Positions 1 through 9,372 of a stretch of DNA of 64,000 bases are shown here, piece after piece (position 1 is the stretch's first letter; each line of letters opens with the position of its first letter). The notes under the pieces were generated by a model. That model was not told where the DNA came from. It made no database searches and worked only from the letters and a program-made list of their open reading frames with translations. Source of the stretch: Blastocladiella emersonii ATCC 22665 (Eukaryota; Fungi; Blastocladiomycota); NCBI GenBank assembly GCA_025594325.1, contig JANHCV010000013.1:62001-126000 (forward strand), written 5' to 3'. Both the position numbers and the translations under genes were made by a program.

Positions 1-73
1 AACGCACCACGCGCTGCGCACACGGCGCAAACGGCCACCCTGGTGACACGCACACTCGCATGAACGGCAGGCA

Positions 74-233
74 TGCAAGGCGTCCTGAACTCAACGATGA
101 TATATCGTCTAGGTCTGCTCGCTCCAACGGGTGCGCCTGCCTGCCCTCCCTGTGCCATGGATTGATTGATTCATGTCCAGTGCTGCCCCCATGCTTGCTT
201 TCATGGCCGCGGGGTCCGTCAGGACGCCTTGCA
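74..233. repeat. Perfect 15-bp inverted repeat with 130-nt spacer (present in every unit)
   Basis: TGCAAGGCGTCCTGA (74-88) is the exact reverse complement of TCAGGACGCCTTGCA (219-233). Confidence 0.9.
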
Positions 234-538
234 ATGGGTGCGCCAACCCCTGTTGCCAGCCATGTGGCAAGAAACACCACAGCACCTGCGTCGCCCTGGC
301 CACCGTACCTTGCAAACAGCGTAGCAGCCGTACTGCTTCAGAGGGCTGCAGAGGGCTGGCTGCGGAGGGCTGAGGCGGCAGGGCTCCTCCTGCAGGAGAC
401 AGTGCTGGGGCCAAGGAGTTAGTGCTAGGGACTACTAACTGAATGGTGAATGACCCACACACCACATGCTCCTGGCAGGAGTGCGTGTGGGCGCGTGGGC
501 CTGTGTCCGTGCGTGCCTGGATTAGTCCTCCATCACAA

Positions 539-588
539 GTGACCAAGGTGACCAAGGTGACCAAGGTGACCAAGGTGACCAAGGTGAC
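539..588. repeat. 9-bp minisatellite (GTGACCAAG)x5.5 (every unit)
   Basis: Read directly from the sequence; it appears as VTKVTK/VTLVTL in the ORF track. Confidence 0.95.
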
Positions 589-722
589 ATGCAAGCACCA
601 AGTTAGAGCGGCGGGGCAGCCATGGAAAGAAGGGCACAGGTACAAACTACCGTACCCTGGCCGCGGCCACTTGTCGCAGAACAGCCCTGCATGGCTCAGG
701 ACGCGGCGGGCGTTGGAGACAG

Positions 723-753
723 GGTAGGTAGGTAGGTAGCAGCAGCAGCAGCA
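723..753. repeat. Compound microsatellite (GTAG)4-(CAG)4 (every unit)
   Basis: ggtaggtaggtaggtagcagcagcagcagca. Confidence 0.9.
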
Positions 754-1109
754 AGGAGCAGGACCTGGCTGGCAAACAACACAAGTGAAGGCGTGCGTGA
801 TGGAGTGAGAGAGTGTTGAATGAATGGATGGGTGGATGCGATGCAGACCAGCATACGTGTCGTGCGTCGTCCGGATTGGTCGGCGACCACCCGCCAATCC
901 TGCGGCATGGCTGTGGGGGCGGCAGTGGTGGTAGTGGAGCTAGAGTGGTGTCGTGGGGCTGGTGGGGTCCCCTCTCCTTCCTGTCTCGCCTAGGTGGGTG
1001 GGCGGACGTAGCGCGCATGCGGGCGGGCAAGGTAGGAACGTTGTTCAAGCAATGGATCATGTACTTTATGGCATGTGATCTGCAAGACAGGGAGGGGGAG
1101 CGACTGTGT

Positions 1110-2670
1110 CTAATTTTGACCGAGGGACCTTGCTGCAGCCAACGTCTGGCCCAATCCGACCCTCCACAAATCGCAACATGCACGAAACAAATTAGCTGAC
1201 GTTTGGGATGTACCAAACCAGCCACGTAGATAACTTTCATGGTACTCAAACAAGACCATACTCAAATCTTTGACTTCCTGCATGTCCAGCTAGCCAGGCT
1301 TCTGTAAATCACATTGATGACGCAACAAAATATCTGGCCATAAGAATATTGTAAACCAGCCACTCTGGCAATTGTCATGGCACTCAAACAAAACCATATT
1401 CAAATCTTCGACTTCCCGCATGCCCATGTGGGCAAGGACCTATAAATCACAGTATCGAACCAACAAAATATCTGACCATAGAAACATAGTATACCAGCCA
1501 CGAGGACAATTGTCATGGTACTCAAACAAAACCATATTCAAATCTTTGACTATTCACATGTCTAGCTGGTTGGCGACCCATAAATCGTAACATTGGAGCA
1601 ACAAAATATCTGACCACGGAAATACAGTAAACAAGCCCCGGAGATAATTGTCATGGTTCTCAAACAAAACCATATTCAGATCTTTGAATACCCCATGTCC
1701 AGGTGGTTGGGGGCCCAGAAATCGTAACATCGAACCAACAAAATATTTGACCATAGAAATATACTAAACCAGCCACGTACGTAATTGTCGCGTTACTTAA
1801 ACAAAACCATACTCAAAACTTTGACTTCCCGCATGTTCACCTAGCCAGGTACCCATAAATCACAGTATCGAGCCAACGAAAGATCTGACAATGGAAATAT
1901 AGTAAACCGGCCGCGGAGAGAATTCTCATGGTACTCAAATGAAACCATACTCAAATCTATGACTTCCCACATGTCCAGCTGGTTGAGGACCCATAAATCG
2001 TAACGTCAAAGCAACAATGTATCTGACCATGGGAATATAGTAAACGAGCCCCGGAGATAATTGTCATGGTACGCAAACAAAACCATACTCAAGTCTATGC
2101 CTTCCCACATGTCCAGCTGGTTGGGGATCCATAAATCCCAGTATCGAACCAACAAGATATCTGACCATTGGACTATATGTAACCGATCCCGTAGGTAATT
2201 GTCATGATACCCAAACAAAACCATATTCAAATCTTTCACATCCCGCATGTCCAGCTAGCCAGGGACCCATAAATCACAGTATCCAACCAACAAAGTATCT
2301 GACCAAAGAAAGATCATAAACCAGCCACGCAGATAATTGTCATGGTATTCAAACAAAACCATACTCAAATCTTCGAATACCCGATGTCCAGGTGGGCAAG
2401 GGCCTATACATCACAGTGTTGAACCAACAAAGTATCTGACGATCGGGATGTATCAAACCGGCCATGCTGATAATTGTCATGGTACTCAAACATAATCATA
2501 GTCGAGTCTTCGAATATCCTCACGTCCACGTGGGCAAGGACCCAAAGCGCCAGGTATCCAAATCTACCCCGTTGTGCACACTCTCCATTATCCAAGTCTG
2601 TCATCCTACAATTTTGGAACCCGTCGGCAAAGCTCACGGTCCAATCAACGAACAACAGCCAACCTGCCAA
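1110..2670 (-). pseudogene. Possible decayed 46-aa-repeat coding relic (speculative)
   Basis: The monomer consensus is stop-free in one minus frame (YLRGWFTIFLWSDILLVRYCDLWVPNQLDMREVKDLSMVLFEYHDN). The actual copies carry 8 stops and 2 frameshifts. No codon-position bias was seen and I recognise no domain. Confidence 0.15.
1160..2565. repeat. Array of ~10 diverged 138-bp monomers (9 full plus 2 degenerate flanking partials), repeated in every unit
   Basis: Monomer starts (ATTGTCATGG-like) at 1233, 1371, 1509, 1647, 1784, 1922, 2060, 2198, 2336 and 2473. Period is 138 bp, except 137 bp for the monomers at 1647 and 2336. Consensus attgtcatggtactcaaacaaaaccatactcaaatctttgacttcccgcatgtccagctggttggggacccataaatcacagtatcgaaccaacaaaatatctgaccatagaaatatagtaaaccagccacggagata is ~41% GC and ~37% A. 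Confidence 0.97.
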
Positions 2671-2750
2671 CCTGGCTACCTACCTGCCTACCTGCCTAGC
2701 TGGCTATCTGCCTACCTGCAAACCTGCCAACCTGCCCTACCTGCTAACCA
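2656..2750. repeat. Degenerate CCTG/CCTA/AACC low-complexity tract (every unit)
   Basis: agccaacctgccaacctggctacctacctgcctacctgcctagctggctatctgcctacctgcaaacctgccaacctgccctacctgctaacc. Confidence 0.85.
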
Positions 2751-2832
2751 AACACACACACCGCCTCGCAAGTCCTTGTGGGCCCGCGCTCTCTGGTTGC
2801 CGTCCCAGCCAACAAAGGAATGAATGATGAGC

Positions 2833-2896
2833 CCTGGCAGCCTGGCAGCCTGCCACACTGACAGCCTGGCAGCCTGCCACACTGACAGCCTGACAG
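2833..2896. repeat. 24-bp minisatellite CCTGGCAGCCTGCCACACTGACAG x2 (x3 in the 3148-bp units)
   Basis: Copies at 2841-2864 and 2865-2888, flanked by the 8-bp partials cctggcag and cctgacag. One extra copy explains the 24-bp difference in unit length. Confidence 0.95.
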
Positions 2897-3124
2897 CGCC
2901 CACCCAGTAGTTATTAGCTACCTCGTATGTCGTCTGAGAGGGGTTCAGCAGTCAATATACGACTGGTCTCCTCCTGGCTGGCAGCTCTGCTGTCCACTCC
3001 AAGTCCTGCATGATGATGGGCCAAGGAGCGTTACGAGCAGCTCCTCTGTCTATCCGCGTGAAACCACTCACCCGCTGACGGATGTACACCACGCACCGTG
3101 CAGCGCGCACAGCGCACAGCGCCC

Positions 3125-6100
3125 AACGCACCACGCGCTGCGCACACGGCGCAAACGGCCACCCTGGTGACACGCACACTCGCATGAACGGCAGGCATGC
3201 AAGGCGTCCTGAACTCAACGATGATATATCGTCTAGGTCTGCTCGCTCCAACGGGTGCGCCTGCCTGCCCTCCCTGTGCCATGGATTGATTGATTCATGT
3301 CCAGTGCTGCCCCCATGCTTGCTTTCATGGCCGCGGGGTCCGTCAGGACGCCTTGCAATGGGTGCGCCAACCCCTGTTGCCAGCCATGTGGCAAGAAACA
3401 CCACAGCACCTGCGTCGCCCTGGCCACCGTACCTTGCAAACAGCGTAGCAGCCGTACTGCTTCAGAGGGCTGCAGAGGGCTGGCTGCGGAGGGCTGAGGC
3501 GGCAGGGCTCCTCCTGCAGGAGACAGTGCTGGGGCCAAGGAGTTAGTGCTAGGGACTACTAACTGAATGGTGAATGACCCACACACCACATGCTCCTGGC
3601 AGGAGTGCGTGTGGGCGCGTGGGCCTGTGTCCGTGCGTGCCTGGATTAGTCCTCCATCACAAGTGACCAAGGTGACCAAGGTGACCAAGGTGACCAAGGT
3701 GACCAAGGTGACATGCAAGCACCAAGTTAGAGCGGCGGGGCAGCCATGGAAAGAAGGGCACAGGTACAAACTACCGTACCCTGGCCGCGGCCACTTGTCG
3801 CAGAACAGCCCTGCATGGCTCAGGACGCGGCGGGCGTTGGAGACAGGGTAGGTAGGTAGGTAGCAGCAGCAGCAGCAAGGAGCAGGACCTGGCTGGCAAA
3901 CAACACAAGTGAAGGCGTGCGTGATGGAGTGAGAGAGTGTTGAATGAATGGATGGGTGGATGCGATGCAGACCAGCATACGTGTCGTGCGTCGTCCGGAT
4001 TGGTCGGCGACCACCCGCCAATCCTGCGGCATGGCTGTGGGGGCGGCAGTGGTGGTAGTGGAGCTAGAGTGGTGTCGTGGGGCTGGTGGGGTCCCCTCTC
4101 CTTCCTGTCTCGCCTAGGTGGGTGGGCGGACGTAGCGCGCATGCGGGCGGGCAAGGTAGGAACGTTGTTCAAGCAATGGATCATGTACTTTATGGCATGT
4201 GATCTGCAAGACAGGGAGGGGGAGCGACTGTGTCTAATTTTGACCGAGGGACCTTGCTGCAGCCAACGTCTGGCCCAATCCGACCCTCCACAAATCGCAA
4301 CATGCACGAAACAAATTAGCTGACGTTTGGGATGTACCAAACCAGCCACGTAGATAACTTTCATGGTACTCAAACAAGACCATACTCAAATCTTTGACTT
4401 CCTGCATGTCCAGCTAGCCAGGCTTCTGTAAATCACATTGATGACGCAACAAAATATCTGGCCATAAGAATATTGTAAACCAGCCACTCTGGCAATTGTC
4501 ATGGCACTCAAACAAAACCATATTCAAATCTTCGACTTCCCGCATGCCCATGTGGGCAAGGACCTATAAATCACAGTATCGAACCAACAAAATATCTGAC
4601 CATAGAAACATAGTATACCAGCCACGAGGACAATTGTCATGGTACTCAAACAAAACCATATTCAAATCTTTGACTATTCACATGTCTAGCTGGTTGGCGA
4701 CCCATAAATCGTAACATTGGAGCAACAAAATATCTGACCACGGAAATACAGTAAACAAGCCCCGGAGATAATTGTCATGGTTCTCAAACAAAACCATATT
4801 CAGATCTTTGAATACCCCATGTCCAGGTGGTTGGGGGCCCAGAAATCGTAACATCGAACCAACAAAATATTTGACCATAGAAATATACTAAACCAGCCAC
4901 GTACGTAATTGTCGCGTTACTTAAACAAAACCATACTCAAAACTTTGACTTCCCGCATGTTCACCTAGCCAGGTACCCATAAATCACAGTATCGAGCCAA
5001 CAAAAGATCTGACAATGGAAATATAGTAAACCGGCCGCGGAGAGAATTCTCATGGTACTCAAATGAAACCATACTCAAATCTATGACTTCCCACATGTCC
5101 AGCTGGTTGAGGACCCATAAATCGTAACGTCAAAGCAACAATGTATCTGACCATGGGAATATAGTAAACGAGCCCCGGAGATAATTGTCATGGTACGCAA
5201 ACAAAACCATACTCAAGTCTATGCCTTCCCACATGTCCAGCTGGTTGGGGATCCATAAATCCCAGTATCGAACCAACAAGATATCTGACCATTGGACTAT
5301 ATGTAACCGATCCCGTAGGTAATTGTCATGATACCCAAACAAAACCATATTCAAATCTTTCACATCCCGCATGTCCAGCTAGCCAGGGACCCATAAATCA
5401 CAGTATCCAACCAACAAAGTATCTGACCAAAGAAAGATCATAAACCAGCCACGCAGATAATTGTCATGGTATTCAAACAAAACCATACTCAAATCTTCGA
5501 ATACCCGATGTCCAGGTGGGCAAGGGCCTATACATCACAGTGTTGAACCAACAAAGTATCTGACGATCGGGATGTATCAAACCGGCCATGCTGATAATTG
5601 TCATGGTACTCAAACATAATCATAGTCAAGTCTTCGAATATCCTCACGTCCACGTGGGCAAGGACCCAAAGCGCCAGGTATCCAAATCTACCCCGTTGTG
5701 CACACTCTCCATTATCCAAGTCTGTCATCCTACAATTTTGGAACCCGTCGGCAAAGCTCACGGTCCAATCAACGAACAACAGCCAACCTGCCAACCTGGC
5801 TACCTACCTGCCTACCTGCCTAGCTGGCTATCTGCCTACCTGCAAACCTGCCAACCTGCCCTACCTGCTAACCAAACACACACACCGCCTCGCAAGTCCT
5901 TGTGGGCCCGCGCTCTCTGGTTGCCGTCCCAGCCAACAAAGGAATGAATGATGAGCCCTGGCAGCCTGGCAGCCTGCCACACTGACAGCCTGGCAGCCTG
6001 CCACACTGACAGCCTGACAGCGCCCACCCAGTAGTTATTAGCTACCTCGTATGTCGTCTGAGAGGGGTTCAGCAGTCAATATACGACTGGTCTCCTCCTG

Positions 6101-6248
6101 GCTGGCAGCTCTGCTGTCCACTCCAAGTCCTGCATGATGATGGGCCAAGGAGGGTTACGAGCAGCTCCTCTGTCTATCCGCGTGAAACCACTCACCCGCT
6201 GACGGATGTACACCACGCACCGTGCAGCGCGCACAGCGCACAGCGCCC
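3125..6248. repeat. Unit U2 (3124 bp)
   Basis: Offset 3029 = G. Confidence 0.95.
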
Positions 6249-9200
6249 AACGCACCACGCGCTGCGCACACGGCGCAAACGGCCACCCTGGTGACACGCA
6301 CACTCGCATGAACGGCAGGCATGCAAGGCGTCCTGAACTCAACGATGATATATCGTCTAGGTCTGCTCGCTCCAACGGGTGCGCCTGCCTGCCCTCCCTG
6401 TGCCATGGATTGATTGATTCATGTCCAGTGCTGCCCCCATGCTTGCTTTCATGGCCGCGGGGTCCGTCAGGACGCCTTGCAATGGGTGCGCCAACCCCTG
6501 TTGCCAGCCATGTGGCAAGAAACACCGCAGCACCTGCGTCGCCCTGGCCACCGTACCTTGCAAACAGCGTAGCAGCCGTACTGCTTCAGAGGGCTGCAGA
6601 GGGCTGGCTGCGGAGGGCTGAGGCGGCAGGGCTCCTCCTGCAGGAGACAGTGCTGGGGCCAAGGAGTTAGTGCTAGGGACTACTAACTGAATGGTGAATG
6701 ACCCACACACCACATGCTCCTGGCAGGAGTGCGTGTGGGCGCGTGGGCCTGTGTCCGTGCGTGCCTGGATTAGTCCTCCATCACAAGTGACCAAGGTGAC
6801 CAAGGTGACCAAGGTGACCAAGGTGACCAAGGTGACATGCAAGCACCAAGTTAGAGCGGCGGGGCAGCCATGGAAAGAAGGGCACAGGTACAAACTACCG
6901 TACCCTGGCCGCGGCCACTTGTCGCAGAACAGCCCTGCATGGCTCAGGACGCGGCGGGCGTTGGAGACAGGGTAGGTAGGTAGGTAGCAGCAGCAGCAGC
7001 AAGGAGCAGGACCTGGCTGGCAAACAACACAAGTGAAGGCGTGCGTGATGGAGTGAGAGAGTGTTGAATGAATGGATGGGTGGATGCGATGCAGACCAGC
7101 ATACGTGTCGTGCGTCGTCCGGATTGGTCGGCGACCACCCGCCAATCCTGCGGCATGGCTGTGGGGGCGGCAGTGGTGGTAGTGGAGCTAGAGTGGTGTC
7201 GTGGGGCTGGTGGGGTCCCCTCTCCTTCCTGTCTCGCCTAGGTGGGTGGGCGGACGTAGCGCGCATGCGGGCGGGCAAGGTAGGAACGTTGTTCAAGCAA
7301 TGGATCATGTACTTTATGGCATGTGATCTGCAAGACAGGGAGGGGGAGCGACTGTGTCTAATTTTGACCGAGGGACCTTGCTGCAGCCAACGTCTGGCCC
7401 AATCCGACCCTCCACAAATCGCAACATGCACGAAACAAATTAGCTGACGTTTGGGATGTACCAAACCAGCCACGTAGATAACTTTCATGGTACTCAAACA
7501 AGACCATACTCAAATCTTTGACTTCCTGCATGTCCAGCTAGCCAGGCTTCTGTAAATCACATTGATGACGCAACAAAATATCTGGCCATAAGAATATTGT
7601 AAACCAGCCACTCTGGCAATTGTCATGGCACTCAAACAAAACCATATTCAAATCTTCGACTTCCCGCATGCCCATGTGGGCAAGGACCTATAAATCACAG
7701 TATCGAACCAACAAAATATCTGACCATAGAAACATAGTATACCAGCCACGAGGACAATTGTCATGGTACTCAAACAAAACCATATTCAAATCTTTGACTA
7801 TTCACATGTCTAGCTGGTTGGCGACCCATAAATCGTAACATTGGAGCAACAAAATATCTGACCACGGAAATACAGTAAACAAGCCCCGGAGATAATTGTC
7901 ATGGTTCTCAAACAAAACCATATTCAGATCTTTGAATACCCCATGTCCAGGTGGTTGGGGGCCCAGAAATCGTAACATCGAACCAACAAAATATTTGACC
8001 ATAGAAATATACTAAACCAGCCACGTACGTAATTGTCGCGTTACTTAAACAAAACCATACTCAAAACTTTGACTTCCCGCATGTTCACCTAGCCAGGTAC
8101 CCATAAATCACAGTATCGAGCCAACAAAAGATCTGACAATGGAAATATAGTAAACCGGCCGCGGAGAGAATTCTCATGGTACTCAAATGAAACCATACTC
8201 AAATCTATGACTTCCCACATGTCCAGCTGGTTGAGGACCCATAAATCGTAACGTCAAAGCAACAATGTATCTGACCATGGGAATATAGTAAACGAGCCCC
8301 GGAGATAATTGTCATGGTACGCAAACAAAACCATACTCAAGTCTATGCCTTCCCACATGTCCAGCTGGTTGGGGATCCATAAATCCCAGTATCGAACCAA
8401 CAAGATATCTGACCATTGGACTATATGTAACCGATCCCGTAGGTAATTGTCATGATACCCAAACAAAACCATATTCAAATCTTTCACATCCCGCATGTCC
8501 AGCTAGCCAGGGACCCATAAATCACAGTATCCAACCAACAAAGTATCTGACCAAAGAAAGATCATAAACCAGCCACGCAGATAATTGTCATGGTATTCAA
8601 ACAAAACCATACTCAAATCTTCGAATACCCGATGTCCAGGTGGGCAAGGGCCTATACATCACAGTGTTGAACCAACAAAGTATCTGACGATCGGGATGTA
8701 TCAAACCGGCCATGCTGATAATTGTCATGGTACTCAAACATAATCATAGTCAAGTCTTCGAATATCCTCACGTCCACGTGGGCAAGGACCCAAAGCGCCA
8801 GGTATCCAAATCTACCCCGTTGTGCACACTCTCCATTATCCAAGTCTGTCATCCTACAATTTTGGAACCCGTCGGCAAAGCTCACGGTCCAATCAACGAA
8901 CAACAGCCAACCTGCCAACCTGGCTACCTACCTGCCTACCTGCCTAGCTGGCTATCTGCCTACCTGCAAACCTGCCAACCTGCCCTACCTGCTAACCAAA
9001 CACACACACCGCCTCGCAAGTCCTTGTGGGCCCGCGCTCTCTGGTTGCCGTCCCAGCCAACAAAGGAATGAATGATGAGCCCTGGCAGCCTGGCAGCCTG
9101 CCACACTGACAGCCTGGCAGCCTGCCACACTGACAGCCTGACAGCGCCCACCCAGTAGTTATTAGCTACCTCGTATGTCGTCTGAGAGGGGTTCAGCAGT

Positions 9201-9372
9201 CAATATACGACTGGTCTCCTCCTGGCTGGCAGCTCTGCTGTCCACTCCAAGTCCTGCATGATGATGGGCCAAGGAGCGTTACGAGCAGCTCCTCTGTCTA
9301 TCCGCGTGAAACCACTCACCCGCTGACGGATGTACACCACGCACCGTGCAGCGCGCACAGCGCACAGCGCCC
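6249..9372. repeat. Unit U3 (3124 bp)
   Basis: Rare variant G6527; offset 3029 = C. Confidence 0.95.

Larger units (their letters stand above)
1..3124. repeat. Unit U1 (3124 bp; phase set arbitrarily at window start)
   Basis: Variants G1878, G2504 and C3029. Confidence 0.95.

Noticed and set aside
539-588. Interstitial telomere repeat
   Set aside because: GGTGACCAA/TTGGTCACC matches no telomeric motif I know and lacks the usual G-strand bias.
1451-1462. Pol III B-box-like GGTTCGATAC on the minus strand of some monomers (tRNA/SINE origin)
   Set aside because: It is intact in only two monomers (R2, R7), has no matching A box, and I could not build a cloverleaf.
1160-2565. CRISPR-like array
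   Set aside because: The variable segments are homologous diverged sequence rather than unique spacers, the 138-bp period is far too long, and there are no cas genes.
2587-2620. Resemblance to nematode SL1 RNA (ATTATCCAAGTCTG, then Sm-site-like AATTTTGGAAC)
   Set aside because: There is no GT donor after the leader-like part and the gap to the Sm-like site is only about 10 nt, too short for an SL RNA. The comparison is from memory; an Infernal search would settle it.
2824-3078. Box C/D snoRNA-like motifs (ATGATGA at 2824 and 3010, with downstream CTGA)
   Set aside because: Terminal stems are weak or absent, the first candidate spans a variable minisatellite, and I recognised no rRNA-complementary guide.
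1-3124. 5S rRNA, U1/U2/U4/U5/U6 snRNA, histone or rDNA repeat unit
   Set aside because: None of the hallmark conserved sequences was found on either strand by eye. A divergent ncRNA cannot be excluded without a covariance-model search.
60-3546. ORFs of 63-262 aa in the track, repeated in every unit
   Set aside because: They overlap on both strands, are low-complexity translations of microsatellites (VTKVTK, CCCCC, LSVWQAAR), show no recognisable domain, and the longest (262 aa) is broken by a stop in 6 units.
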